From: Burkholderiales bacterium
Lineage (GTDB): Bacteria > Pseudomonadota > Gammaproteobacteria > Burkholderiales > SG8-39
Direction of reading: 5' to 3'
DNA: 64,000 nucleotides
Assembly: GCA_033582675.1 (NCBI GenBank)
Contig: JAVQZY010000020.1
Span: forward strand, 286,615-350,614
The position numbers and the translations under genes were made by a program. Each line of letters starts with the position of its first letter. The stretch's first letter is position 1. The notes under the pieces were generated by a model, which made no database searches, was not told where the DNA came from, and was given only the letters and a program-made list of their open reading frames with translations. Below, piece after piece: positions 37,678 through 48,118 of the stretch.

Positions 37678-38478
37678 AAGCGCTCGCGCTCGCCTTGCTG
37701 CTTGCGTGCGCGGGCGCGCTCGCGCAGCCGCAGGAGGGCGTCAAGGTCGAGAAAAGCCGGCTGCTGCTTCTTCCCGCCTCGACCGTCGAGCGCAGCGCCG
37801 CGCAGCAGTACGCGCAGCTGATGCGCCAGGCGGCGCAGAAAGGCGTGCTCAACACCGACCGGCGCCAGGTCGAGCGGCTGCGCGCGATCGCGCGCGCGCT
37901 GATTCCGCACTCGGGGCGGTTCAACAAGGACGCCGAAAAATGGCGTTGGGAGGTGAACCTCATCCAGTCGCGCACCGTGAACGCGTTCTGCATGCCGGGC
38001 GGCAAGATCGCGTTCTTTTCGGGGATCCTCGATGCGCTCGCGCTCACCGACGACGAGGTCGCGGCGGTGATGGGGCACGAGATCGCGCACGCGCTGCTTG
38101 AGCACGGCCGCGCGCGCATGTCCCGAGCAGGTGCTGAAGAACGTCGGCATCGCGGTCGCCGCGACGGTGTTCAACCTCGGGCAGTTCTCGACCGAGCTGC
38201 TCGCGCACGCGGCCAATCTCGCGGTGAGCCTGCCCTACGCCCGACGGCAGGAGACCGACGCCGACTTGGTCGGCATGGAGCTTGCCGCGCGCGCCGGTTT
38301 CGATCCGCGCGCCGCGGCCGAGGTCTGGCGCAAGATGGCGCGGCTTGCCGAGCGCACCGGCCGCGGCCAGCCGCCGCAGTTCCTCTCGACGCACCCGTCG
38401 CACGAGACGCGCCTGAAGGAGATCGAGGCGAACCTGCCGCGGGTGTTGCCGCTCTACGAGGCCGCCCGGCGGCGCTGA
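37674..38478 (+). pseudogene. M48-family periplasmic metalloprotease (YcaL/LoiP-like), with one frame disruption near 38115.
   Basis: GTGA overlap at 37674-37677. Signal peptide KALALALLLACAGALA; NAFCMPGGKIAFFSGIL; MGHEIAHALLEH. The tail with ETDADLVGMELAARAGFDP lies in ORF 38098..38478. Confidence 0.8.
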
Positions 38479-38487
38479 AGGTCCCCG

Positions 38488-40167
38488 CTACGCCGCGCCG
38501 GCCAGATGCCGGCCGGCGATCCAGCCGAAGGTCATCGCAGGTCCCAGGGTGATGCCGGGGCCGGGGTAATTCCCCCCATGATCGAGAGCGCGTCGTTTCC
38601 GACCGCATAGAGCCCGGGGATCGGGCGGCGATTCGCATCGAGCGCCTGCGCGTTCGCGTTCGTGACGATGCCGGCGTAGGTGCCGAGGTCGCCCACGTGC
38701 ACCTGCACCGCGTAGAAGGGCGGCGTCTCGATCGGCGCGATGCAGGGGTTCGGCCGGATGTCCGGATCGCCGTAGAAGCGGTTATAGGCGGTGCCGCCCT
38801 TGCCGAACGCCGGGTCCGAACCCGTTCTCGCGTGGCGGTTGTATTCGGCGATCGTGCGCTCGAGGCCCGCCGCGTCCACCCCGCAGGCGGCGGCGAGCTG
38901 CCGCGACCGTCCGGCCGCGCTTGAGGTAGCCGCTCGCGAGGTGCGGCGCAAGCGGCAGCGGCCGCGGTTTGACGAACCCGAGCCCGTAGGCGCGGATCGC
39001 GCGGTGGTCAGCGACGAGCCAGGCGGTGACCTCGCGCTCGCCCGGCGAGGCGCGAAAGAGCGCCTGGATGAAGTCGTGGTAGGAGTTCGCCTCGTTCACG
39101 AAGCGCTCGCCCCTTGCGGGTCACCGCGATCACGCCGGGTTTCGCCCGATCCACGAAATGCGGGAAAAGCCCGAAAGAGCCGTCGCCCCGGGGCACTTTC
39201 GATACCGGAACCCAGGCTGCCGGCTGAGGCAGCGACTCGTCCACTTTCGCGCCGGCCGCCTCGGCGAGCCGCCAGCCCGTCGCCGGTGTTCGCAGGCGGC
39301 GCAGGCGAGAAATGCTCCGCGTGCGCAAAAAGCCGCGCGCGGCGCTCGGGCGTCATGCGGAAATCCGCCGCAGGCGAGCACCACGCCGCGGCGCGTCCTC
39401 ACTTCGACCTCGCGGTCGCCGCGGCGAACGAGAGCGCCGCGCACCGCCCGGATTCGACGAGGAGCCGCACGACCGGGGCCGAGTCGCCAGAGTTCCGACC
39501 CCCGCATCGAGCGCGGACCTGAGCAGCCGCGCCAGCAAGCGCGTTGCCGTTGGTCGAGCCGCACACCGCGGCCGTAGAAAAGGCGCGCGAGCGCCGTGGC
39601 CGAGGAGCCGTCTGCGCGACGAACGCCGCCGAGCGTGCGACTTCGACCAGCGCATGAAGTGAACGAGCTTCCGCACCCGAGCCGATCATCACGCCGAAGA
39701 CGGTGAGCTCCGGCAAGCGGCGGCGCGAGCTTCGCGAACATCGGCCCGAGCGCGCGCCCGTCGAAGGGAGCGGCGACGATCGAGCGCCCGCCGGGCTTTC
39801 CGCCCGGCGCATCCGGGTGGTAGTCGGAAAAAGTGGCCGAAGGCTCGAACCGGACCGCGGTCTCGCGCTGGAACCACTCCACCATGCGCGGACCCGCAGC
39901 GAGAAACGCGTTCACCCGCTCGGGATCGAATTTCTCGCCCGTCTCGTGAAGGAGGTAGGTCGCCGCCTCCTCGACGCTGTCGGCGACACCGATCCCGGCC
40001 TGCATCGGGTGGTTCGGGATCCAGAGCCAGCCCCCTGAGCGCGCGGTGGTGCCGCCGAAGACCGGCGCCTTTTCGGCGACGATCACCGAAAGGCCGTGCT
40101 TCGCCGCGGTCACCGCCGCGGCGAGGCCGCCGGCGCCCGAGCCGGCGACGAGGACGTCGCATTCCAT
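38488..40167 (-). pseudogene. FAD-dependent oxidoreductase (KstD / fumarate-reductase flavoprotein-like), with several frame disruptions.
   Basis: MECDVLVAGSGAGGLAAAVTAAKHGLSVIVAEK..FGGTTARSGG in ORF 39130..40239. C-terminal GLYAVGND lies in ORF 38532..38951. The final GNYPGPGITLGPAMTFGWIAGRHLAGAA* lies in another frame. Confidence 0.75.
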
Positions 40168-40233
40168 CGCGAGCGCCGATCTTACCCCCGGCGCTGCTAT
40201 CTTCGCGGTTCGATCGCGAAACGGAGAACGCAG

Positions 40234-41139
40234 ATGCAAATCGCCTTCGTGGGGCTCGGGTTGATGGGCGCGCCGATCGCGGCGAGGCTCCTCGCGCAGG
40301 TCACGCGCTTTCGGTCTTCGACCTGCGGCGCGAGGCTGCCGAGCCGCTACTTTCCGCAGGCGCTCGCTGGTCGGAAAATCCGGCGCGCGGCGCCGAACTC
40401 GGTCTTCGCTTCGCTTCCCGGGCCGCAGGAGGTCGAGTCATGGGCCCCGCGCTTTCTCGGTTCGCTCGCCCCCGGTGCCGCCTGGTTCGATCTCAGCACC
40501 AATTCGCCGCAGACCGTGCGGCGAATCCACGCCGAAGCCGCCGCGCGCGGCATCCGCTTTCTCGACGCGCCGGTGAGCGGCGGGCCGCGGGGCGCGCATA
40601 GCGGGCGGCTCGCGCTCTGGGTGGGCGGCGATCGGGATGCGTACGAGCGCGCGCGGCCGGTGCTCTCGGCGTTCGCCGATCGGCCTTTCTACGTCGGCCC
40701 GGCCGGCGCGGGCACGGTGGCGAAGCTCGCGCACAACGCCGCAAGCTTCATGGTGCAGACGGCGCTCGCCGAGGCGATGACGCTCGGGGTGAAGGCCGGG
40801 GTGGAGCCGCTTACGCTCTTTCGCGCCCTTCGCCAGGGCGCGACCGGGCGCGCGCGTACCTTCGACCGGCTCGCGGAGCAGTTTCTGCCCGGACGGTTCG
40901 ATCCGCCGGCGTTCGCGCTGCGGCTCGCCCACAAGGACATGCGGCTTGCGCTGGAACTCGCGCGCTCGCTCGGCGTGCCGATGCGCGCGGGCGAGCACGC
41001 GCTCGCGGAACTCGAGGAAGCGCTCGCGCGCGGCTGGGGCGAGCGCGATGCGCGCGTCGCGATGACGCTTCAGGAGGAGCGCGCCGGGGTCGCCGTGCGC
41101 GTCTCGCCCGAGGCGCTCGCGGCGGCGCTTGCCGAGTGA
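40234..41139 (+). pseudogene. 3-hydroxyisobutyrate-dehydrogenase-family NAD(P) oxidoreductase, with a compensated pair of frame shifts around 40290-40400.
   Basis: MQIAFVGLGLMGAPIAARLL, then about 35 aa readable only in another frame (HALSVFDLRREAAEPLLSAGARW), then back to SLPGPQEVE..DAPVSGG..GAGTVAKLAHN. Confidence 0.8.
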
Positions 41140-41188
41140 ATCCCGCTCTCCGACCTCACTGCCGATCGCTCCGCGACTCTTTCGCGCC

Positions 41189-42125
41189 GTGACCCCGATC
41201 AGCCCCTCGCAGCACCGCTTCGGCATAGCCGTGATGGTTTTCTGCGCCTTTCTCTGGAGCACTGCGGGCGTCGCGATGCGCGCGGCGTCGGTCACGAACG
41301 GCTGGGAAGCGACGTTCTGGCGCTCGCTTTTTCTCTGCGGCGTCGTCGGCGCCTACCTCCTTGCGCGGCATCGCGGCCGGGCGCCGGCGCGCCTTCGCGC
41401 GATGGGCTGGCACGGCGCGGTCTCGGGCGTCTGTTGGGCGACGATGTTCACCGCGTTCATGCTCGCCCTCTCGCTCACCACGGTCGCGAACACGCTGGCG
41501 ACGATGGCGACGATGCCGTTCTTCGCCGCCCTCGCCGGCCGGCTCTTACTCGGCGAGCGGATCGCGCCTCGGACCTGGGCGGCGATGGCGGCCGCCGCCG
41601 TCGGCATCGCCGCGATGTTTCACGAGGCTTTCGCGAGCGGCACGATCGCGGGCAGCGTCGTCGCGCTCGCGGTCCCGCTCGCGGCAGCGGCGAACACGGT
41701 GACGGTGAAGCTCGCGCGCGGGCAGGTGGATCTCGTTCCCGCGCTCCTCGTCGGCGGCGCGATCTCGGTCGCGCTCGCCGCTCCGTTCGCGCTTCCGCTT
41801 TCGGCCGACGCGCGCGACCTCGCGATATTTGCCGCGCTCGCAGATCTTTCAGCTCGCGCTGCCCTGCGCGCTTCTCGTCGCCGTGGCGATGCCGCGGCTC
41901 TCGGCCGCGGAGATCGGCCTGCTGTCCCTACTCGAAGTGGTGCTCGGGCCGCTCTGGGTCTGGCTCGCCTGGCGCGAGCACCCGGGGGCGGCGGCGCTCG
42001 CCGGCGGCGCCGTCGTCATCGCGGCGCTCGCGGCAAACGAGGCGGTCGCCCTCTGGCGCGAGCGGCGCGCGGCGGCGGATGCGCTCAGCCGCGCTTCCTC
42101 GCGATCGCCTTCGCGATCGCGGTAA
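41189..42125 (+). pseudogene. EamA/DMT-family transporter, with one frame disruption near 41835. The start is uncertain (GTG 41189).
   Basis: Ten hydrophobic segments. The first half lies in ORF 41129..42154 (FCAFLWSTAGVAMR). The second half lies in ORF 41829..42125 (QLALPCALLVAVAMPRLSAAEIGLLSLLEVVLGPLWVWL). Confidence 0.7.
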
Positions 42126-42542
42126 AGCGCCCCGTCCTTTTAGGCCGGCGCTAGCGCGCGCTCAAGCGGCGCCAGCGCGTTGCCGCCCCGGCGGGGCCGA
42201 GCCGCTGCTCGCGCGCAAGCTGTGTGGGCAGGCCCCCGGCGGCTCGACGCACACCTCTTTCCCCGCGCCGCGCCCGCGAGGCGAGAGAAACGCGACGTCG
42301 GCGGCCGATTCGGCCGCGATCACGCTGGACTCGACCGGCCGCTCGAGCGGCTCACCTTCCATATCGAAGGCGCAGATCGCCTCGCCCCGATTTGAGCGCC
42401 ATGTTGCGACAGATCGGCTCGCCCATGACGCCGAGAAAGCCCGAGCATCCGCCCCCCGGCAGGTGCACTCGACAGCACCTGCGAACGCTTCGGATCGACC
42501 GGCGTGCGCTCTCCAGGCGGTCCGCCCGCCGGCTGAACGCTG

Positions 42543-43087
42543 CTAGGCCTTGCGCCCGTATTTCCCGACGAGCACCGCCTTTGCGATCGCGTTCGCGTTC
42601 ACCATGAAGCCGGCAAGGGAGGCCGTCGCCCCGGCGACGTCCAGCTTTTCGGTCTTGAGCGCGTAGACCGTCAAACACGTATCGGTGCGGCTTGTCGCCG
42701 ACCGGCGGGCAGGGCCCGCCCCAGCCGGGAGAGCCGAAGTCGGTCGAGACCTGCACCGCCCCCTCGGGAAGCTTCGAGCCGTCCGCGCGACCAGCGTCCT
42801 TTTCCAACCGCGTTACGGAGGCCGGGATGTTCACCACCACCCAGTGCCACCAGCCGGCGCCGCCGGTGGGCGCATCCGGGTCGTGGCAGAGCAGCGCAGA
42901 AGCTCTTCGTTTCCTCGGGCGCACCGGTCCATTCGAGCGCGGGCGAGATGTTCTCCCCTTTGCAGCCGAAGCCGTTGTACACCTGTTCCATCGCGAGCGT
43001 GCCGTTCGGCCGGAAATCGGGGCTCGTGAGCCGGAACTTCGGGCGCGCCGGCCGCGTCGTGCGCTTTTTCGCTTTTTTCGCGGGCAT
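42543..43087 (-). pseudogene. YbhB/YbcL (PEBP/Raf-kinase-inhibitor-like) family protein, with two frame disruptions.
   Basis: FRLTSPDFRPNGTL..NISPALEW in ORF 42671..43120. HDPDAPTGGAGWWHWVVVNIPA..GPCPPVGDKPHRY lies in the ORF 42352..43257 frame. The tail TVYALKTEKLDV..GKYGRKA* lies in a third frame. Confidence 0.8.
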
Positions 43088-43119
43088 CGGGATTCCTCCT
43101 CTGGTCGAATCGGGCGCCA

Positions 43120-43125
43120 ATTGTA
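43120..43125 (-). promoter_or_regulatory. Candidate -10 hexamer TACAAT (minus strand).
   Basis: attgta on the plus strand, about 32 nt upstream of ATG 43087, with a GAGGAGGAA SD in between. Confidence 0.35.
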
Positions 43126-43173
43126 GCCAAGCGCTGCGCGCGAAACGTCACGCCCAGCCCGCCGCAAGGCGCG

Positions 43174-43179
43174 CATAAT
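43174..43179 (+). promoter_or_regulatory. Candidate -10 hexamer CATAAT.
   Basis: 22 nt before ATG 43202, with GAGGA in between. Confidence 0.3.
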
Positions 43180-43201
43180 GCGCCCTCGGAACGAGGATCC
43201 C

Positions 43202-44131
43202 ATGAAACCCGCCGCCACCCGCACTCGACTCGAGGGCGTGCTCGCCCCGGTGATCACCCCGTTTCGCCGCGACCTCTCGCCGGACCCCGACCGGTTCGTC
43301 CGTCACTGCCGCTGGCTGATGCGAAGCGGCTGCGCGGGCCTTGCCGTCTTCGGTACGAACAGCGAGGCGAACTCGCTTTCGGTCGAGGAAAAGCTCGAGC
43401 TGCTGGAGGCGCTCGTCAAGGCCGGAATCCCCCCCTCGGTGCTCATGCCCGGCACCGGCGCCTGCGCGCTCCCCGACGCGGTGGCGATGACCCGCGAGGC
43501 GGTGCGCCTCGGCTGCGCGGGCGTCCTGATGCTCCCGCCGTTCTACTACAAGGGGGTGTCGGACGAAGGCCTCGCGCGGTTTTTCTCCGAGGTGATCGAG
43601 CGGGTGGGCGACGAGCGGCTGCGCCTGTACCTCTATCACATCCCTGCGGTCTCCGGCGTGCCGATCAGCGCGGAGCTGATCGAGCGGCTCCTCGATCGCT
43701 ACCCCGGGATCGTCGCCGGCGCAAAGGACTCTTCGGGCGACTGGCAGAACACGCGCGCCTGGCTCGAGCGCTTCGCCGAGCGCAGTTTCGACGTGTTTCC
43801 GGGAAGCGAGGCGTTCCTGCTCCAGGGCTTGCGCGCAGGCGCCAAAGGGTGCATCTCGGCCACCGCGAACATCAACCCGGGCGCGATCGACCGGGTCTTC
43901 CGCACCTGGCGCTCGCCGGAAGCGGAGAAGCTTCAGGCCGCGATCGCGGCGACGCGCGCGATCGTGCAGAAGGTGCCGATGATCCCGGCGCTCAAGGCGG
44001 TGACCGCCCATTTTGCGAACGACCCGGAGTGGCGTCGGGTGCGCCCGCCGCTCGTGGAACTTGCTGCCGAGCAGGAACGCCAGGTGATCACCGAGCTGAA
44101 GGCGGTCGGCTTTTCGATGCCGGGCTTGTAG
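43202..44131 (+). CDS. Dihydrodipicolinate-synthase-family (class I aldolase/dehydratase) protein. An alternative start is at 43178.
   Basis: LEGVLAPVITPF..AVFGTNSEANSLSVEEK..YYK..YHIP. 309-317 aa depending on the start. Confidence 0.85.
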   Translation: MKPAATRTRLEGVLAPVITPFRRDLSPDPDRFVRHCRWLMRSGCAGLAVFGTNSEANSLSVEEKLELLEALVKAGIPPSVLMPGTGACALPDAVAMTREAVRLGCAGVLMLPPFYYKGVSDEGLARFFSEVIERVGDERLRLYLYHIPAVSGVPISAELIERLLDRYPGIVAGAKDSSGDWQNTRAWLERFAERSFDVFPGSEAFLLQGLRAGAKGCISATANINPGAIDRVFRTWRSPEAEKLQAAIAATRAIVQKVPMIPALKAVTAHFANDPEWRRVRPPLVELAAEQERQVITELKAVGFSMPGL

Positions 44132-44185
44132 CCCGCGGCGGCTGCACGCCGCCCTTGACGAGTTGCTGGAAGGAGGAGGAGACGA

Positions 44186-45152
44186 ATGATCGCGAAAACG
44201 CTGTTCGCTCTATGTGCCGCCTGCGTCGCGCTCGGCGCCGCGGCGCAGCCTTTCCCCGCGCGCCCGGTGAAGCTCGTCGTTCCGCACGCACCGGGCGGCA
44301 ACTCCGACACGTTCGGGCGGATCCTCGCGGCGAAACTCTCCGAGCGCCTCGGCCAGCAAGTGATCGTCGAAAACCGCGCCGGCGCGGGCGGCACGGTGGC
44401 GAGCGAATTCGTCGCCCGCCAGGCGCCCGACGGCTACACGCTCCTCGTCGGCGACAACGGCACCCACGGCATCGCGCCGACCCTTTACGCCAAGCTGCCG
44501 TACAAGGTGCCGCAGGACTTCACCTCGATCACGCTCGCGGCCACTTTTCCGACGCTGCTCCTTGCGCACCCGTCGCTTCCGGCGAAGAACGTCGCCGAGT
44601 TCGTCGCGCTGGTGAAGGCGAACCCGGGCAAGTACACGTACTTCGTCGGCGGGCACCGGCAACGGCTCGCACCTCACGGTGGACATGTTCCTTCAGGCCG
44701 CAGGCGGCCTGCAGATGGTGCACGTGCCTTACAAGGGCGGCGCGCCCGCGGTGCAGGCGCTTCTTGCGGGCGACGTGCAACTGACCGCGGTCAGCGTCAA
44801 CACCGGGCTTCCGCACATCAAGTCGGGCAAGGTGCGCGCGCTCGCGATCGCCTCGCTCAAGCGCTCGCCGGCGGTGCCCGAGGTGCCGACGCTCGCCGAG
44901 CAGGGCATAAAGGGAGCGGAAGCCGACAGCTGGCTCGCGATCTTCGGCCCGGCGGGTATCCCGGAGCCGATCGTCGCCAAGCTGCACCAGGAGATCGCCG
45001 CAGCGCTCAACGATCCGCCGATCCGCGAGCGGCTTTCGGGGATCGGGCTCGAGGTGGTCGCCTCGACCCCGGCGCAGCTCGCGGCGATGCTGCCGGGCGA
45101 AGTCGCGAAGTGGGGCGAGGCGGTGCGCCGCTCCGGCGCCCGCGTGGACTGA
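44186..45152 (+). pseudogene. Bug/TctC-family substrate-binding protein, with a frame disruption near 44650.
   Basis: FPARPVKLVVPHAPGGNSD..VENRAGAGG in ORF 44186..45277. The C-terminal half from HLTVDMFLQAAGGLQMVHVPYKGGAP lies in ORF 44679..45152. Confidence 0.88.
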
Positions 45153-45156
45153 AGCG

Positions 45157-46032
45157 GTGCCGGCGGCGTCGCTTCGGCCGCTTCTTGCCGCGGGCGACTT
45201 CGTCGTCGCGCCGGGCGTCTTCGAAATGCTCTCGGCCCGGATCGCCGACCGCCTCGGCTTCAAGGCGCTCTACATGACCGGCTACGGCATTTCCGCCTCG
45301 CACCTGGGGTTGCCGGATGCGGGCCTCGTCACCTACCGCGACATGGTGGAGCGCGCGCGCACGATCGCCCAAGGGACCAAGACGCCGGTGATCGCGGACG
45401 CCGACACCGGCTTCGGCGGCCTGCTCAATATCCGCCACACGGTCGAGGGCTACGAGTCCGCCGGCGTCGCCGCGATCCAGATCGAAGACCAGGAGATGCC
45501 GAAGAAGTGCGGCCACACGCCGGGGCGCCGGGTGGTGCCGCTCGCTGAGGCGGTGCGGCGGATCGAGGTCGCGGTGCAAGCCCGCCGCTCGAAGGACTTC
45601 CTCGTCGTCGCGCGAACCGACGCGCGCGCATCGCTCGGGCTCGAGGAGGCGATCCGACGCGCGCGCGAGTTCGCGCGCGCCGGCGCCGACATTCTTTTCG
45701 TCGAGGCGCCGGAGTCCGAAGACGAGTTCCGGCGCGTCGGCGAAGCGCTCGCGGGCAACGCCTGGCTCCTCGCCAACATGGTCCCCACCGGCCGCTCGCC
45801 GGTGGTGCCGCCCGAGCGGCTGAAAGCTTGGGGATATTCGATCGCGATCTGGCCGGGGATCGGCATGACTGCCGCCTGCGCGGCGATGGAAGCCGCTTTT
45901 CGCCATCTTCGCGAGCACGGCAGCACGATCGGCTCGCCGGTGCCGGCCTGGGACATGGCGCGGCTGCACGACCTCGTCGGCTTTCCCGAGGTCTGGGAGT
46001 TCGAGCGCCGCTACGCCGACGCCCCGTCGTAA
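45157..46032 (+). CDS. Isocitrate-lyase / PEP-mutase superfamily lyase (methylisocitrate- or dimethylmalate-lyase-like).
   Basis: 291 aa with GVFEMLSARIA..ALYMTGYG..IADADTGFG..IQIEDQEMPKKCGH..ARTDA..GADILFVEAP. Confidence 0.85.
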   Translation: MPAASLRPLLAAGDFVVAPGVFEMLSARIADRLGFKALYMTGYGISASHLGLPDAGLVTYRDMVERARTIAQGTKTPVIADADTGFGGLLNIRHTVEGYESAGVAAIQIEDQEMPKKCGHTPGRRVVPLAEAVRRIEVAVQARRSKDFLVVARTDARASLGLEEAIRRAREFARAGADILFVEAPESEDEFRRVGEALAGNAWLLANMVPTGRSPVVPPERLKAWGYSIAIWPGIGMTAACAAMEAAFRHLREHGSTIGSPVPAWDMARLHDLVGFPEVWEFERRYADAPS

Positions 46033-47410
46033 ATGGGCCGCACGCTTTTCGAGAAGGTCTGGGACGAACACGTCGTCGCGCGCCTCGAAGGCGGCGCGGA
46101 ACTCGTTCACGTCGACCGGCATCTGCTCCACGACCTCGGCGGCGCGCAGGCGCTCGCCGAGCTTCGCGCGCGCGGGCTCGCGGTGAGAAACCCCGAGCTC
46201 ACGTTCGCGGTGCCCGATCACCTGGTCGGCACCGAACCCGGCCGGCGCGGCACGCGCGATTGGGCGGTAGCGCTCGTCGATGCGCTTCGCGACGAATGCG
46301 CGCGCGCCGGCATCCGGCACTTCGACCTCGATTCCGAAAACCAGGGGATCGTGCACGTCGTCGCGCCGGAACTCGGCCTTTCGCTTCCCGGCGCGCTCGT
46401 CGTCTGCGGCGACAGCCACACCTGCACGAACGGCGCGCTCGGCGCGATCGGCTTCGGCATCGGCGCGAGCGAACTCGTGCAGGTGCTCGCGACCCAGTGC
46501 CTCGTGCAGAAGCGGCCGAAGACGATGCGCGTGCGCTTCGAAGGCGAGCTCGCGCGCGGCGTGTTCGCGAAGGACATGATCCTCGCGTTGATCGGGCGCC
46601 TCGGAGCCGCGGCGGGAACGGGCTACGCGGTGGAATACGCAGGCCCCGCGGTGGCCGCGCTCGACATGGAAGCGCGCATGACGCTCTGCAACCTCTCGGT
46701 CGAGCTCGGCGCGAGAATCGGCATGGTCGCGCCGGACGAGACGACCTTTTCGTGGCTTGCCGGCCGGCCTTTTGCGCCGCAAGGCGCGGCGTTCGAGCGC
46801 GCGGTCGAACACTGGCGCACGCTCGCAAGCGACGCCGATGCGCGCTTTGACCGCGAGGTCGTGGTCGACTGCGCGGCGCTCTCGCCGCAGGTCACCTGGG
46901 GCACGAGCCCCGAGGACACGATCGGCGTGGACGAGACGATCCCGGTCCCGCGGCGACGACGCAAAACGCGCCGCGCTCGACTACATGGGCCTTCGCGCAG
47001 GCGAGCGCATCGCCGGAACGCGCATCGATCGCGTCTTCATCGGCTCGTGCACCAACGCGCGGCTTTCCGACCTTCGCATCGCCGCCGAGGTGGCAAGGCG
47101 CGGCCGCGTCGCAAAGCATGTCGTCGCCCGGGTCGTGCCCGGCTCGATGCGCGTCAAGCGCGCCGCCGAGCGCGAGGGACTCGACGAAATCCTCCGCGCC
47201 GCCGGGTTCGAATGGCGCGAGCCGGGCTGTTCGATGTGCGTCGGCGCAAACGGCGAGCTCGTTGAACCGGAAGCCCGCTGCGTTTCCACCTCGAACCGCA
47301 ACTTCGTCGGCCGCCAGGGTCCGCGCGCCCGCACGCACCTTGCGAGTCCGGCGACCGCCGCCGCCGCGGCGCTCGCCGGCGAAATCGCCGACGTGCGCGG
47401 TCTGCTTTGA
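46033..47410 (+). pseudogene. Aconitase-family hydro-lyase large subunit (LeuC-like), with a frame disruption near 46945.
   Basis: TLFEKVWDEHVV..VDRHLLHD..GDSHTCTNGALGA in ORF 46033..47265. The tail with [32 protein letters not shown] lies in ORF 46757..47410. Confidence 0.88.
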
Positions 47411-47411
47411 G

Positions 47412-48072
47412 ATGGAGAAGTTCAGGCGCCTGGAGGCGATCGCGGCGTCGCTGCCGCTTGCGAACGTGGACACCGACGTGATCATCCGCGTCGATCGCTG
47501 CGCGCGCACGCCGCGCGCCGAGCTCGGGCGTTACGCCTTCGAAGCCCTTCGCTACGTGCCCGACGGCAGCGAAAACCCCGATTTTGTCCTCAACCGCGAG
47601 CCGTGGCGGCGCGCGCGGATCCTCGTCTGCGGCGAGAACTTCGGCTGCGGGAGTTCGCGCGAGATGGCGGTCTGGGCGATCGCCGGCGATGGGCATACGC
47701 TGTCTCGTCGCGCCCTCCTTCGGCGACATCTTCTTCGCAACTGCCTGCAGAACGGCGTGCTCGCTATCCGGCTCCCCGCGTCCACCGTTGCGCGGCTACA
47801 TGCGCTCGCCGCCCGGGCCGGCGACCGCGACCCTGACCGTGGACCTCGAGCGGCAGTCGATCCGCACCGCCGCGGCCGAGGAAATTTCCTTCGAGGTCGA
47901 GCCGCTCGCGCGCCGAATGCTCCTTGAGGGGCTCGATGCGATCGGGCTTGCGCTCGCGTACGAGGCGCGCATCGCCGCGTTCCAGGCTGCCGACCGCGCG
48001 CGCCGGCCGTGGATTTACGACCCTGGAACGAAGAGAGTGTCCGCAGCTTCGCCCTCAAGCGGTGCGGCGTGA
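47412..48072 (+). pseudogene. Aconitase-family hydro-lyase small subunit (LeuD-like), with at least 3 frame disruptions.
   Basis: LPLANVDTDVII..ILVCGENFGCGSSRE in one frame; GIRCLVAPSFGDIFF and TVDLERQSI..ISFEVEPLARRMLLEGLD in another; NCLQNGVLAIRL in the first again. Confidence 0.8.
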
Positions 48073-48118
48073 CCCCCAGCGCCCCTATTCGGTGCAAAGA
48101 CCTTCGACGGAATTTCTC

